DNA of 64,000 bases from Halobacteriovoraceae bacterium (GCA_040382195.1 JBEIFX010000002.1:42006-106005), one strand, 5' to 3'; positions 8,697-18,953 are shown, counted from the stretch's first letter. The notes: generated by a model from the letters alone, not told the origin. Translations and numbers: made by a program.

Positions 8697-9151
8697 CAGT
8701 CTTTGAGCTCCGGCAAAAGTTTCTTGAGAAGATGATTAACTTCTATGGGCCTTTCTTAGGGGCCGGAGTAAAGCTCGAGAACATGTCAAAGGATTTTCGG
8801 GAGGCCCGGGTCTCCATGAAGCTCACCTTCTATAACAAAAACTACATGGGAACCCAGTTCGGGGGTTCCCTCTACGCCATGGTGGATCCCTGGTACATGC
8901 TGATGCTCATTAAAAATCTTGGGAAGGACTATATCGTTTGGGATAAAGCCGCGACTATCAATTTTCGAAAACCCGGGAAAGGAAAAGTAACCGCTGCTTT
9001 CAAACTCACTGAGGATCATCTAAGTGAAATTAAGAAGACCTTAGAAGCTCAGAATAAAATGGACTATATTTTTAAAGTAGAAATCAGAGACGACGCCGGC
9101 AAACTGATTGCCGACGTCGATAAGGTTCTCTATATCAGGAAAAAGTCTTAA
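8693..9151 (+). CDS. DUF4442/YiiD-like hot-dog fold protein
   Basis: NYMGTQFGGSLYAMVDP, VWDKAATINFRKPG. ATGA overlap with the upstream gene. Confidence 0.8.
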   Translation: MTVFELRQKFLEKMINFYGPFLGAGVKLENMSKDFREARVSMKLTFYNKNYMGTQFGGSLYAMVDPWYMLMLIKNLGKDYIVWDKAATINFRKPGKGKVTAAFKLTEDHLSEIKKTLEAQNKMDYIFKVEIRDDAGKLIADVDKVLYIRKKS

Positions 9152-9384
9152 ACGGCCTTTGCTTGGTACTCATCGTCTGAAGTGTAGAGGTTCCACCCAC
9201 GAGAATTCTTGGAAAAACTCATCTTTTCACCATTATCGAGGGTCCCGACGAATTTTTTGCCGTCGGAGCTTTCCCCCATGATCTCGAAGTACTTAATTTG
9301 ATGAGACCAGTCGTTGAAGCGAACCTTCAAGTGATTCTTCTTGCCAGAAGAAGACCAAACTCTTTCTAAAGTGTACCATTTCAT
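9148..9384 (-). CDS. Small hypothetical protein (start moved to MKWYTL)
   Basis: Strong RBS AAGGAGGGG just before the ATG at 9384. Confidence 0.65.
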   Translation of the reverse strand: MKWYTLERVWSSSGKKNHLKVRFNDWSHQIKYFEIMGESSDGKKFVGTLDNGEKMSFSKNSRGWNLYTSDDEYQAKAV

Positions 9385-9422
9385 ACTCCCCTCCTTAGGC
9401 ATCTTGTGTTAAATGATACATC

Positions 9423-10319
9423 ATGACGTTGCCTTTACCTACTAAATCATCCTCAAGAGCGGGGCGTTTCAAAAAAAAGCTGGTTTCTCCGGAAGCCTTA
9501 CTCATCGAAGCGCCAGTCATGAAAGAAAAACTTAAACCCTTTTATGAGCTTTATTTAACTAAGAAACTTAGTGAGGCCGATTTTACAGCATCCTATCTCC
9601 TCTGTTTTCTCTCCCACCGTTTTCCAGAATCCTGGCCTGGGTCCCGGCATAAAGAACAAAAGGCAATTTCTGGAATTGATTGGCGAGAGCTTCCTTTTGA
9701 ATTTGAACCTAATGTAATGAGAAGATTCGAAGATATACGATCCCTTCAAGAGATATTCGCCAACTTTGCGCTTAAGTCCACTCCACTGGCAGTAAATCGG
9801 GCCCTTCTCTCCTGGTATGACGGGTCCAACGGGCTCGAGCTCATGTTCCGGATTCCCTCGCCTAAAGAAGTACTCCTCCAGCAAAAATGCGGACGAAGAT
9901 GTGTCACCGCCCTCATCGATGACAGGATTTCAAAGTACATCTTAGGAGAAAGAGACGCCCTTAGCTTTACCATGCATGATCTCGTTCACGCCGATCACTT
10001 CTTCCATCACAATGAGTGCTATCAAGGGCAACTAGCCTTTTATGGCCTTTTAGACATGACTTTTGCCTACTTTGATTTAAGTCATGAAAAATTTCTTTCG
10101 GAGTTCGAATACTTGATATCCGACATGAATGCCTATGCCATTCATCTCTTGAAGTGCCTGAAGTCGGCGATGGTTCACTACTTCGATGAAGACCATTTCA
10201 AAAACTGGCCTCGGGGTCTCAACCCACCAGAGGAACTCTTCCTCCTGAACTCTCCTGCCTACTCTCCTGAAACAATGGACCGTGTCCTCTTAAGCTGGCT
10301 GGAAGATTTCAGATCCTAA
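9423..10319 (+). CDS. Hypothetical protein, possible metalloenzyme
   Basis: 298-aa ORF with the His/Asp cluster RDALSFTMHDLVHADHFFH. Family not recognised. Confidence 0.7.
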   Translation: MTLPLPTKSSSRAGRFKKKLVSPEALLIEAPVMKEKLKPFYELYLTKKLSEADFTASYLLCFLSHRFPESWPGSRHKEQKAISGIDWRELPFEFEPNVMRRFEDIRSLQEIFANFALKSTPLAVNRALLSWYDGSNGLELMFRIPSPKEVLLQQKCGRRCVTALIDDRISKYILGERDALSFTMHDLVHADHFFHHNECYQGQLAFYGLLDMTFAYFDLSHEKFLSEFEYLISDMNAYAIHLLKCLKSAMVHYFDEDHFKNWPRGLNPPEELFLLNSPAYSPETMDRVLLSWLEDFRS

Positions 10320-10783
10320 GGAATATACATCGCTGAATTTTTCTCGTTTTCAGAAACCTGAACGAGTGTGATCCAGGCCCGGTCGCCGTAGAGTTTTTTT
10401 AAAATCCGTGAGGCTTCCTCGTAGACATATTGGGCCGTGCCTTCCATGCCAGGATTCGGAAGAACCCGAAGCTGAATCGCCCCTTCCTGATCGAGGCGCT
10501 TAAACGCCTCAAGCTGTGGGTCATCCTGAGCCACGAGGAAAGTGTGATCAAAGGTGTGCTCGAGCCACGCCTTAAGCTCCTTCAATCCACCGAAGTCCAC
10601 CACCCAGCCCTCTTTAGTAAGCTCTTGAGCAGCGAACTCGAAGTAGAATTCTCTCGAGTAGCCGTGGACGAAACGACAATGAGACTCGGCCCTCCACTGT
10701 CGATGGGTACAAGGGAAACCGGTGAAGCGCTTGGTGGACTTAAAGTTTTTAGGGTTCATAATTATTTCTACCTCATCATTCAT
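10316..10783 (-). CDS. queD: 6-carboxytetrahydropterin synthase / PTPS family (QueD-like)
   Basis: FPCTHRQ...CRFVHGY, VVDFGGLK, FDHTFL and ENEKNSA. An alternative start lies at 10759. Confidence 0.8.
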   Translation of the reverse strand: MNDEVEIIMNPKNFKSTKRFTGFPCTHRQWRAESHCRFVHGYSREFYFEFAAQELTKEGWVVDFGGLKELKAWLEHTFDHTFLVAQDDPQLEAFKRLDQEGAIQLRVLPNPGMEGTAQYVYEEASRILKKLYGDRAWITLVQVSENEKNSAMYIP

Positions 10784-10789
10784 TATTTG

Positions 10790-12070
10790 TTAATGGAGAT
10801 CTGCAAGACTTCGCCAAGACTCCGTTTTCTGGCGAAAGTTCTTCAGTACCCTAAGGTATTTCATGGCCGCCATGTCAACACTCAGTTGAGAGGAAAAATG
10901 ATCGGTTAAAAATCTCTCGGGCGCCTGGAAAATCTCCTCTTCCGTGGCTTGAGTATAGCCGAAACCTCGAACATGATTATTTCTAATGAGGACCACCGAT
11001 CTTTCTCCCATGTTCGTTCCTTCACCCACGATCACTAAGTGCTCATTTGGAAATCGGCTTTCTCTAGAGAGCTGTTCTACTTTTTGGTTGTGACGGAATA
11101 TTTCTTCCTTCGATTTTCCTCCTTCCCGGTAGAGGATCTTATTGGTTCTGAGTTCTTTTAAGAGAAGGTTTAACTTCTTCTTCGCCTCGAAGTAATTTTT
11201 AAAGTACCAAAGCCCGGAAAGACCTTTCTTCAGGGGAGAAATTTTAAAGTGAAACTCTCCTGTGGAATTTCTCTCCGTGACGATCGCCCAGTGAAGATTT
11301 GAAGGTTTTAATTTAAGCTGCTTGAATTCAGCAATGAGTGCGGAGCCGGTGACTTCGAATTCGAGATGACTCGTTTTCACTAAACGGGATCGATTCTCAG
11401 GTCGTACCTCAAGAAGTTCCCTACCTCGTTTCTCGAGGTTGAAAGCGGCTTCTGAGTAGATCAATTTACCTTGGCCATCCAGGAAGGTTAAAAGTCCTGC
11501 CTTTTGGGGAAGTTTCTTTAAGAGCTTTTCGTGCTGAGGAAGGTAGAGGATTTTAGGATGAATCTTTAACCGCAGTTCGTTCAGTGACTTAAAGAGCTCG
11601 AGTGTCGCAAGGGCATCCCCAATCGCACGATGCCGGTCTTTAATTTTAATTCCGAAGAAACTACAAAGAGCATCAAGGTTATAGTTCTGAAGCCCTGGAA
11701 TCTCCGTCTGCGCCACTTTCAACGTACAAAAAGATTTCTGGTTGAACTCCTGACCCATTTCCAGAAACTTTTTCTTAAGGAAGCCTAGATCAAAATCAGT
11801 GTTGTGAGAGACAAAGACAGCTCCGTCGAGGCGAAGGCGAATGGCCTCAGCGACGTCGTAGAATTTAGGGGCTTCCTTCAATTCTCGGTTCGAAATAGAG
11901 GTCAGATTTGTGATGAAGTCAGAAACACGCCTTAAGGGATTAATCAGTGTTTCATATATCTCCACGATCCGTTCATTCTCCCAGGTGATCAAAGCAATTT
12001 CGATGATCTCGCTGTCGGAATCCAATCCGGTTGCCTCTATATCGCAAATGACGTATCGTTTAATGGACAT
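10790..12070 (-). CDS. DEDDh 3'-5' exonuclease (DnaQ-like) fused to a degenerate GIY-YIG/Cho-like region
   Basis: DIEATG, SHNTDFD and HRAIGDA. The middle LPQKAGLLTFLDGQGKLIY resembles a GIY-YIG start. Confidence 0.85.
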   Translation of the reverse strand: MSIKRYVICDIEATGLDSDSEIIEIALITWENERIVEIYETLINPLRRVSDFITNLTSISNRELKEAPKFYDVAEAIRLRLDGAVFVSHNTDFDLGFLKKKFLEMGQEFNQKSFCTLKVAQTEIPGLQNYNLDALCSFFGIKIKDRHRAIGDALATLELFKSLNELRLKIHPKILYLPQHEKLLKKLPQKAGLLTFLDGQGKLIYSEAAFNLEKRGRELLEVRPENRSRLVKTSHLEFEVTGSALIAEFKQLKLKPSNLHWAIVTERNSTGEFHFKISPLKKGLSGLWYFKNYFEAKKKLNLLLKELRTNKILYREGGKSKEEIFRHNQKVEQLSRESRFPNEHLVIVGEGTNMGERSVVLIRNNHVRGFGYTQATEEEIFQAPERFLTDHFSSQLSVDMAAMKYLRVLKNFRQKTESWRSLADLH

Positions 12071-12122
12071 GTATTAATTTTAGAGAGTTCTACTTGAGAA
12101 GCCAAGTTTCTGAGTAAATCAT

Positions 12123-12797
12123 ATGAATCTTTCACTCGACAAAAGCTGGACCACTTATCTTGGTCAAGAGTTTCTTCGGCCCTACATGCAAGAACTGCTT
12201 GATTTCCTCAAAAGTGAAAAGGCAGAGGGGAAAAAAATTTACCCAGAAGAAGCAAGAATTTTTGAGGCTTTTAACCTCACTCCTTTTGATAAGGTCAGGG
12301 TAGTCATCATAGGGCAAGACCCCTATCACGGCGAGGGACAGGCCCATGGATTATGCTTTTCCGTAAAAAAAGGTATCAAGCATCCTCCTTCTCTTACCAA
12401 CATCTCCAAAGAGTTAAAGAGTGATCTAAATGTTAATTTGCCTAATGACGGTCAGCTCGATAGCTGGGCCCGTCAAGGGGTCTTACTCTTGAATACCGTT
12501 TTAACTGTAGAAAAGGGTAAGGCCGGCAGTCATCGTAACAAAGGGTGGGAGAAATTCACTGATAGAGTAATCGAAATTTTAAATAAAGAAAAAAATAATC
12601 TGGTATTTATTCTTTGGGGAAGTCCAGCGCAAAAAAAGGCCCAAAGAGTTTCTTCTAACAGGCATCTGATACTTAAATCAGTTCATCCCTCACCCCTCTC
12701 TGTTTATCGAGGTTTTCTGGGTTCGAAGCCTTTCTCCCAAGTAAATGCCTACCTAATAGAAAATGGAGAAAAACCTATTGATTGGGGTCTTACTTAA
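12123..12797 (+). CDS. ung: Uracil-DNA glycosylase family 1
   Basis: [20 protein letters not shown] and HPSPLS. Confidence 0.97.
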   Translation: MNLSLDKSWTTYLGQEFLRPYMQELLDFLKSEKAEGKKIYPEEARIFEAFNLTPFDKVRVVIIGQDPYHGEGQAHGLCFSVKKGIKHPPSLTNISKELKSDLNVNLPNDGQLDSWARQGVLLLNTVLTVEKGKAGSHRNKGWEKFTDRVIEILNKEKNNLVFILWGSPAQKKAQRVSSNRHLILKSVHPSPLSVYRGFLGSKPFSQVNAYLIENGEKPIDWGLT

Positions 12798-13665
12798 TAC
12801 GTTTAATGATGGAAAGGTAAAAAGGACCCCAGCCGGTTGTATCCGGCAGGACTTGCCAGCCAAATTCCGTCGGTTCTCCAAATGAAAATTCTTTTCTGAC
12901 TAGTTCAAATCTTCCCGACCTCTTTTCATGAAGCTTATGAAGAATGCCATCGTTTTCAAAAGGAGATAGAGCGCAGGTGGAATAAACTATCGTTCCTCCT
13001 ACCTTTACAATATCAAGTGCAGAGGCGAGCATAGCAAACTGGGTAATAGCAATTGCCTTAGTTCTACCTGGCGCCCAGTGAGAGAGTTCTTTGGAATCTT
13101 CAAGGAGATGTCTCTCCGAGGAACAGGGAGCATCAAGAAGAACCTTATCAAAGATAGATTTTTGGTACAGACTCCACTTGGTGGCATCGTGAGCAGTAAT
13201 GGAGTGATTTTTTTGCTGTGATTTTGGAAAATAGTCGTCGAAGATGCGATGAATTCTTGCTCGTCTTGCTGCAGAACGATCGTTAGAAACCAGAAGACCA
13301 TTATTTTTTAACTTTAAGGCACATAGGAAACTCTTTCCTCCAGGAGCCGCGCAAAGATCGACTACTTTTTCCCCAGGATGTAGATCCAAGGCCTCTACCG
13401 GAAGGACACTCGCAGCATCCATCAAATAATAATTTAAATGCCCCTCTTCAGTTTTTTCAGGTTGAGGAAATGATTCTTTGACATCATGCTCAAATGAAAT
13501 GCCAGTGACTTGAAAAGCTGTTTCAGAAAACTTGAATTTACTAAATGGGTTGAGGATTGCCACATGTTTTTTTGGTGCTAAGAGTGCAGTTTTTAAGCGA
13601 GGCCAGCGGTCCCCAAATTGGGAGGTATAGAAGTTTTCAAAACCATCGGCGCCTTTGTCAATCAT
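12790..13665 (-). CDS. RsmB/NOP2 family RNA m5C methyltransferase (RsmF-like)
   Basis: [21 protein letters not shown] and YSTCAL. Confidence 0.9.
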   Translation of the reverse strand: MIDKGADGFENFYTSQFGDRWPRLKTALLAPKKHVAILNPFSKFKFSETAFQVTGISFEHDVKESFPQPEKTEEGHLNYYLMDAASVLPVEALDLHPGEKVVDLCAAPGGKSFLCALKLKNNGLLVSNDRSAARRARIHRIFDDYFPKSQQKNHSITAHDATKWSLYQKSIFDKVLLDAPCSSERHLLEDSKELSHWAPGRTKAIAITQFAMLASALDIVKVGGTIVYSTCALSPFENDGILHKLHEKRSGRFELVRKEFSFGEPTEFGWQVLPDTTGWGPFYLSIIKRIK

Positions 13666-13781
13666 ACATAAATTATAACATTAGGAATTTCCCAGGGACG
13701 ATATTATTTTAACTGACCAATTTAGACATTGAATGACACCCGATTGGCGAAAGATCTCCTTTTTGAGAAAATGAAACCCGC

Positions 13782-14333
13782 ATGAAGATGTTCATTATTT
13801 TGATCGCAGTTTTTCAAATAAACTTTGCGGCCGGAGGAAAAAGTATGACAAAAGAAACAGTAACTCTGGCCGGTGGGTGCTTTTGGGGCATGGAGGAAAT
13901 TTTGAGAAAAATTCCTGGTGTCCTAGGCACAGTGGTGGGTTATACAGGAGGAACTGTTGAGAACCCGACCTACAATCTCGTTAGGTTGGGGACGACTAAT
14001 CATGCGGAGTCGGTTGAGATTGTTTTTGATCCGAAACAATTAAGCTTTCAAGATCTTCTTGGTTATTTTTTTCGAATGCATGACCCTACCACCATTAATC
14101 AACAGGGCAATGATAAAGGAACGCAGTACCGGTCAGTCATTTTCTACCACACTCCGGAACAACATAAAATTGCTCTTGAAACGATCAAAAAACTAGAAGT
14201 CTCGAAAAAATGGAAAGGTCCAATAGTCACTCAGATTATTCCGGCCTCAAAGTTCTATCCAGCGGAAGAGTACCATCAGGATTACCTTCAAAAGAATCCC
14301 AACGGTTATACCTGTCATTGGCTAAGAGATTAA
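13782..14333 (+). CDS. msrA: Peptide-methionine (S)-S-oxide reductase
   Basis: GGCFWG, GTQYRS and AEEYHQDY. N-terminal signal-like segment, with a second RBS-preceded ATG at 13845. Confidence 0.95.
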   Translation: MKMFIILIAVFQINFAAGGKSMTKETVTLAGGCFWGMEEILRKIPGVLGTVVGYTGGTVENPTYNLVRLGTTNHAESVEIVFDPKQLSFQDLLGYFFRMHDPTTINQQGNDKGTQYRSVIFYHTPEQHKIALETIKKLEVSKKWKGPIVTQIIPASKFYPAEEYHQDYLQKNPNGYTCHWLRD

Positions 14334-15031
14334 AGTTCAGAGCTAGCTGGGATGTAGGCATCAGACCGCTTAAGCCTCGGAAGATCTTCTGAGGATTCTT
14401 CTGCAAGTGATGAGAATTCCAAACCAAGAACTGAGTTATCCTGGCCAGCACTCTTGACCCATCGACAAATGCCAGTTCCCTTGATGTGCTTTCCCTCCAG
14501 ATGAAAGTCAAAGCGCACTCCTTCCCCGGGATCAATTCTATCTCTGGTATTAATAAAAAAGGAAACTCCTCCTCTGCCTATGACAATTTTATCATCCAAG
14601 GGAATAACCACTTTGTTGGTTTCGATGACATCATTCCAAAGCTTCGGCCGAGAAGCATGCTTGGAAATAATTTTAAAAAGTTGATCTAGTTGAAAAGGCT
14701 TATTGATGAGCGCCTCAGCACCCCTTCCGAAAGCATCCATTGGTGAAATATCGGCGAAACCGGTTATAAGAATGACAGGAAAATCTACCCCATATTTTTT
14801 TTTGACGATATCCATGAGTTCTACACCAGAGCCGCCAGGCATACGAATGTCTGAAATCATTAAATCGACCGGATGGTGTGAAAGAATATCTTGAGCATGC
14901 TGAATATTCTCCGCCTGGAAAACTTTAGCACCCATAAATTCCAGCTCTCCAGCAAGGATTTCTCTGAGATCTTTTTCATCATCAACGATGAGAAGTGTTT
15001 TGTGATGAAGGTCGATAATATGATTTTCCAT
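14330..15031 (-). CDS. Response regulator with C-terminal PilZ-like beta-barrel
   Basis: Receiver motifs IVDDE, SDIRMP, TG and KP. The C-terminus IGRGG...GICRWVK...GLEF is PilZ-like. Confidence 0.85.
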   Translation of the reverse strand: MENHIIDLHHKTLLIVDDEKDLREILAGELEFMGAKVFQAENIQHAQDILSHHPVDLMISDIRMPGGSGVELMDIVKKKYGVDFPVILITGFADISPMDAFGRGAEALINKPFQLDQLFKIISKHASRPKLWNDVIETNKVVIPLDDKIVIGRGGVSFFINTRDRIDPGEGVRFDFHLEGKHIKGTGICRWVKSAGQDNSVLGLEFSSLAEESSEDLPRLKRSDAYIPASSEL

Positions 15032-15122
15032 AGTTCATCACATTATCAGATGAAATCAATTGTTGTAGAATTAAGATTTCAAAAGGAAAAGGCCCTAAGT
15101 TATCGACAATGGGAAAATTGAT

Positions 15123-15587
15123 CTAATCGCCGAAATAATATCGTGATCCAAACAGCAGATGGAGCTCCAGTCCAGCCCTGGAAACAAAGTCCAAGATAGG
15201 GGCAGCCTCGAAAAAAATATCCGCGTCCGAAACCTCAAAACGATGAGCAAGTCCAAAAGGGAGCCTAAGTCCAAGCTCGATATCATCTGAAAATTCCATC
15301 CTGCCGCCAAAACCGTAATAGAGATCGAGACCATAGATGTCATTAAAGTAAAAAGCCGAGCTCTGATGAAATAGATAATCTGAATGCATGCTGAGAGAGT
15401 TCTTTTTACCGACAGACATGGCAAGTCCCCCATCAAAGGCGCTCTTCTGATCAAGCCAGTACTTGCCATTTAGACCAGTCGGGTTTCCTAATGATACTCC
15501 AAGACCCAGTTCATTGGCCCAGGAGGAAAGTGAAAAAAGAGTGAGAAAAAAAATTAAAAATAATTTCATAAACCCCTTAAATGGCAA
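15123..15587 (-). CDS. Secreted / outer-membrane beta-barrel-like protein (DUF3996-like)
   Basis: Signal peptide, LGLGVSLGNPTGLNGKYW, alternating beta strands, ends GSRYYF. Confidence 0.65.
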   Translation of the reverse strand: MPFKGFMKLFLIFFLTLFSLSSWANELGLGVSLGNPTGLNGKYWLDQKSAFDGGLAMSVGKKNSLSMHSDYLFHQSSAFYFNDIYGLDLYYGFGGRMEFSDDIELGLRLPFGLAHRFEVSDADIFFEAAPILDFVSRAGLELHLLFGSRYYFGD

Positions 15588-15599
15588 AATCCTAGCACT

Positions 15600-15629
15600 A
15601 TTTTATCGTTGGAGACTTTGAAGTGTCAA
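15600..15629 (-). promoter_or_regulatory. sigma70 promoter for 15123..15587
   Basis: On the minus strand: TTGACA, 18 nt spacer, TAAAAT. Confidence 0.55.
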
Positions 15630-15711
15630 AAATAAGATCGATTTAGTTCTCCCCCAAAAGAAAATAAGGGCGTAGAATAAATAGATCTTCAACTTGTTTT
15701 GAGTTTATCCT

Positions 15712-16548
15712 ATGAACCTTAGAAATATTCTTCTTACCTTATCTTTCCTAATTATTGGGTTTTGTCTGTCTCTCTTTTTTCAAACCGAAAGTAGCGTCGA
15801 AACACTAAACTTTGAGCAATACAAAAATCTCCAATACAATACTGAGCGCTCTCATTCACTTGACGAATTCAACAAGAAAATTTCACCCTACAGAATTGAA
15901 TCCGTCATCAGAGAAGTCTATGAACGGAATAAACTGGCCGGAGATAAGACCAGAGTTCTTGAGATAGGTGCGGGTAATGGTAGAGTCCTTATGGAACTTA
16001 AGAAAATATTTAAGGACGTGGAATTTTATGGAATAAACAAAGAAAAAACTCACACTTTTTACAGACGAGAAAGCTATATCCTTACAGGACTTAAATTTGC
16101 CATTTTCAAACAAGAGGAAACCGAAAACATAGAGCTCCCCTTTATTGTATTTCAAGATCTGGACTTCGGAGCAGAAATTCCCTACGGTGAAGCAAAGTTT
16201 GACATTGTGTTTTCTCAAAATACGATGGAGCACGTTAAGTATAAGTTTGAACTTTTCAACTCAATCTTAAGAGTTTTACGGCCGGGGGGACTGTCCTTTC
16301 ACACTGACTTCAAAGGAGTCAATATCTACTCTCGTGGATTAGTCCTTGATCTCAGAGATGCATTTGCAGAAATAAGAAAAAATGGTATTGAAATAAATAC
16401 TCTTGAAGAAAAAACTAGTCTTCGTTTTAGAAGAGGAAACCAACTGTCAAAATTTCCTCTCACTCCACATCAACAAATCCCTGAAAATATTTCGAATCTA
16501 TCTCAGGAGGTAAGAAAACCTGAGATGTCTTACAACCTTAATCTATAA
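15712..16548 (+). CDS. Class I SAM-dependent methyltransferase with N-terminal membrane anchor
   Basis: VLEIGAGNG, FDIVFS and LRPGG. Hydrophobic residues 4-23. Confidence 0.8.
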   Translation: MNLRNILLTLSFLIIGFCLSLFFQTESSVETLNFEQYKNLQYNTERSHSLDEFNKKISPYRIESVIREVYERNKLAGDKTRVLEIGAGNGRVLMELKKIFKDVEFYGINKEKTHTFYRRESYILTGLKFAIFKQEETENIELPFIVFQDLDFGAEIPYGEAKFDIVFSQNTMEHVKYKFELFNSILRVLRPGGLSFHTDFKGVNIYSRGLVLDLRDAFAEIRKNGIEINTLEEKTSLRFRRGNQLSKFPLTPHQQIPENISNLSQEVRKPEMSYNLNL

Positions 16549-16583
16549 AAAAGGCCTTTCCACAAATCCATTGTGAAAAGGCC
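16547..16583 (-). terminator. Intrinsic terminator downstream of nrdA
   Basis: Hairpin ggcctttccacaa-atcca-ttgtgaaaaggcc (one mismatch) next to an A6 run on the plus strand, which is U6 on the minus strand. Confidence 0.7.
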
Positions 16584-16600
16584 CAGACAGATGAACAATA

Positions 16601-18943
16601 CTAGCTTCCGCAGCTGACACAGGCCTCAGGATTATCTAGTGAACAAACCATCGCAGCCGCCTGGTCCTCAGAAGACTTAGTAGTTTCTTTAATTGTAAAT
16701 TTTATCGCATCTACTGCTGGACGAGTTCTCAGGTAATACATCCCGGTTTTAAGTCCCAGCTTCCAGGCCGTGAAGTGGAGACTGGAGAGTTTACCAAAGT
16801 TTGTGTCTTCCATATGAATGTTGAGTGACTGAGATTGATCTATGAAAGCTCCACGATCGGCTGCCATCTCAAGGATAGACTTTTGCTTAATCTCCCAGAC
16901 AGTCTTGTAAAGCTCCTTTAATTCAGCAGGAACCTCTGGAATGTATTGAACCGATCCATTGTGAGCGATGATCCGGTCTTTCATTTCTTCATTCCAGAGT
17001 CCAAGCTGAATAAGATCCTTCACGAGGTGCTTATTAACAACGGCGAATTCTCCAGATAGAACTCGGCGTGTATAAATGTTTGAGGTTACCGGCTCAATGC
17101 ACTCATTATTTCCAAGAATTTGGGAAGTAGAGGCAGTAGGCATTGGCGCCAAAAGAAGAGAGTTTCGAACACCATATTGTTTAATCTTTCCTCGAAGACC
17201 GTTCCAGTCCCAGCGTTCTGTGGTTTTCATTCCCCACATGTCATGCTGGAGAATTCCTTGTGACACCGGAGAACCTGGATATGAATCATAATGACCGGAT
17301 TCTTTAGAAAGATCACAAGAAGCAGAAAGAGCGGCGAAATAAATAGTCTCAAAGATCTCTTTATTTACCCTTCTTGCTCCCTCTGAATCAAAAGGAAGAC
17401 GGAGCTTAAAGAAAGCGTCAGCAAGCCCCTGGACACCGATTCCGATCGGACGGTTTTTCATGTTCGAGTAGCGGGCCTCTTCGACCGGGTAGTAATTAAG
17501 ATCGATAATGCGGTTTAAGTTCTTGGTCACTTGGTAAGTCACATCAAAGAGCTTCTTGTGATCGAACTGACCATTATCGACAAACTTTGGCAGGGCGATC
17601 GAAGCGAGGTTACAAACCGCAATTTCTTTTTCAGAAGTGTACTGGATGATCTCGGTGCAAAGGTTAGAAGACTTGATGGTCCCGAGATTCTTCTGATTCG
17701 ACTTCTCGTTCGCTGCGTCTTTGTAGAGCATAAACGGCGAGCCGGTTTCGATCTGAGAAGAGATGATCTTGAACCACAGATCACGGGCCTTCAAGGTCTT
17801 AAGACCACGACCCTCTTTTTCAAACTGCTCATAGAGGTCTTCAAATTTTTTACCGTAGCAGTCTGAAAGGCCTGGGGACTTGTTCGGACACATAAGGGTC
17901 CAGTTACCGTCGGTTTCAACGCGCTTCATGAAAAGATCATTGATCCAAAGTGCGTAGAAAAGATCCCGGGCCCGGAGTTCATCTTTACCGTGGTTCTTCT
18001 TTAGCTCAAGGAAGTCCTCGATGTCAGCATGCCATGGCTCAAGGTAGATGGCGAAGGCACCCTTACGCTTTCCTCCGCCCTGGTCAACGTAGCGGGCAGT
18101 GTCGTTAAACACACGAAGCATCGGAACTATACCGTTTGAGGTCCCGTTCGTGCCTTTGATGAAAGAACCCTTAGCGCGAATGTTGTGGATCGAGAGGCCA
18201 ATACCTCCTGCCGATTGAGAAATGAGAGCGCACTGTTTGAGGGTCTCGTAAATTCCGTCAATCGAATCATCTTTCATGCTCACCAGGAAGCATGACGACA
18301 TTTGCGCTTTATTAGTGCCGGCATTAAAAAGAGTCGGAGAAGCATGCGTGAACCAGCCATCGGAAATGAGATGATAGGTTTTAATAGCTTCTTCGATGTT
18401 TCCAATTTGTACTCCTAGGGCGACACGCATAAATAGATGCTGAGGACGTTCAACAATTTTTCCGTTAACTTTTAAGAGATAGGACTTCTCAAGAGTCTTG
18501 TAGCCAAAATAATCGAATTCGAAGTCTCTCGAATAAGCGATCTCCTTCATGATGCGGTCTTTGTGCTGGTTTGCAAAACCGAAGATTTCTTCTGAGATTA
18601 GGGGCTGATGCTCACCAGTGAATTCATTCTTGTAACCATAAAGCTTTTCAAAGGTCTCCATGAAAGAATCCGAGGTCTGCCGGTGAAGGTTCGCGACAGC
18701 GATCCTCCCCGCAAGACGAGCGTAGTCCGGGTGAACAGACGTCATGTAGGCAGAAACCTCGGCCGAAAGGTTATCAAGCTCTTCCGTGGTGATCCCGTCG
18801 AAGAGGCCATTAATCGTTCTCTTCGCGACCTGCATAGAATCAACATACTTAGGGTCAAGACCATAAGTCAGTTGGGAGATACGATGGGTGATCTTATCAA
18901 ATTGTACTGGTTCTCTTTTACCTGAGCGTGTTGAAACGAACAT
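16601..18943 (-). CDS. nrdA: Ribonucleoside-diphosphate reductase class Ia alpha subunit with ATP cone (eukaryote-like type)
   Basis: N-terminal ATP cone, [36 protein letters not shown] and C-terminal CxxC (CVSCGS). Confidence 0.97.
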   Translation of the reverse strand: MFVSTRSGKREPVQFDKITHRISQLTYGLDPKYVDSMQVAKRTINGLFDGITTEELDNLSAEVSAYMTSVHPDYARLAGRIAVANLHRQTSDSFMETFEKLYGYKNEFTGEHQPLISEEIFGFANQHKDRIMKEIAYSRDFEFDYFGYKTLEKSYLLKVNGKIVERPQHLFMRVALGVQIGNIEEAIKTYHLISDGWFTHASPTLFNAGTNKAQMSSCFLVSMKDDSIDGIYETLKQCALISQSAGGIGLSIHNIRAKGSFIKGTNGTSNGIVPMLRVFNDTARYVDQGGGKRKGAFAIYLEPWHADIEDFLELKKNHGKDELRARDLFYALWINDLFMKRVETDGNWTLMCPNKSPGLSDCYGKKFEDLYEQFEKEGRGLKTLKARDLWFKIISSQIETGSPFMLYKDAANEKSNQKNLGTIKSSNLCTEIIQYTSEKEIAVCNLASIALPKFVDNGQFDHKKLFDVTYQVTKNLNRIIDLNYYPVEEARYSNMKNRPIGIGVQGLADAFFKLRLPFDSEGARRVNKEIFETIYFAALSASCDLSKESGHYDSYPGSPVSQGILQHDMWGMKTTERWDWNGLRGKIKQYGVRNSLLLAPMPTASTSQILGNNECIEPVTSNIYTRRVLSGEFAVVNKHLVKDLIQLGLWNEEMKDRIIAHNGSVQYIPEVPAELKELYKTVWEIKQKSILEMAADRGAFIDQSQSLNIHMEDTNFGKLSSLHFTAWKLGLKTGMYYLRTRPAVDAIKFTIKETTKSSEDQAAAMVCSLDNPEACVSCGS

Positions 18944-18953
18944 CTTCTACTCC

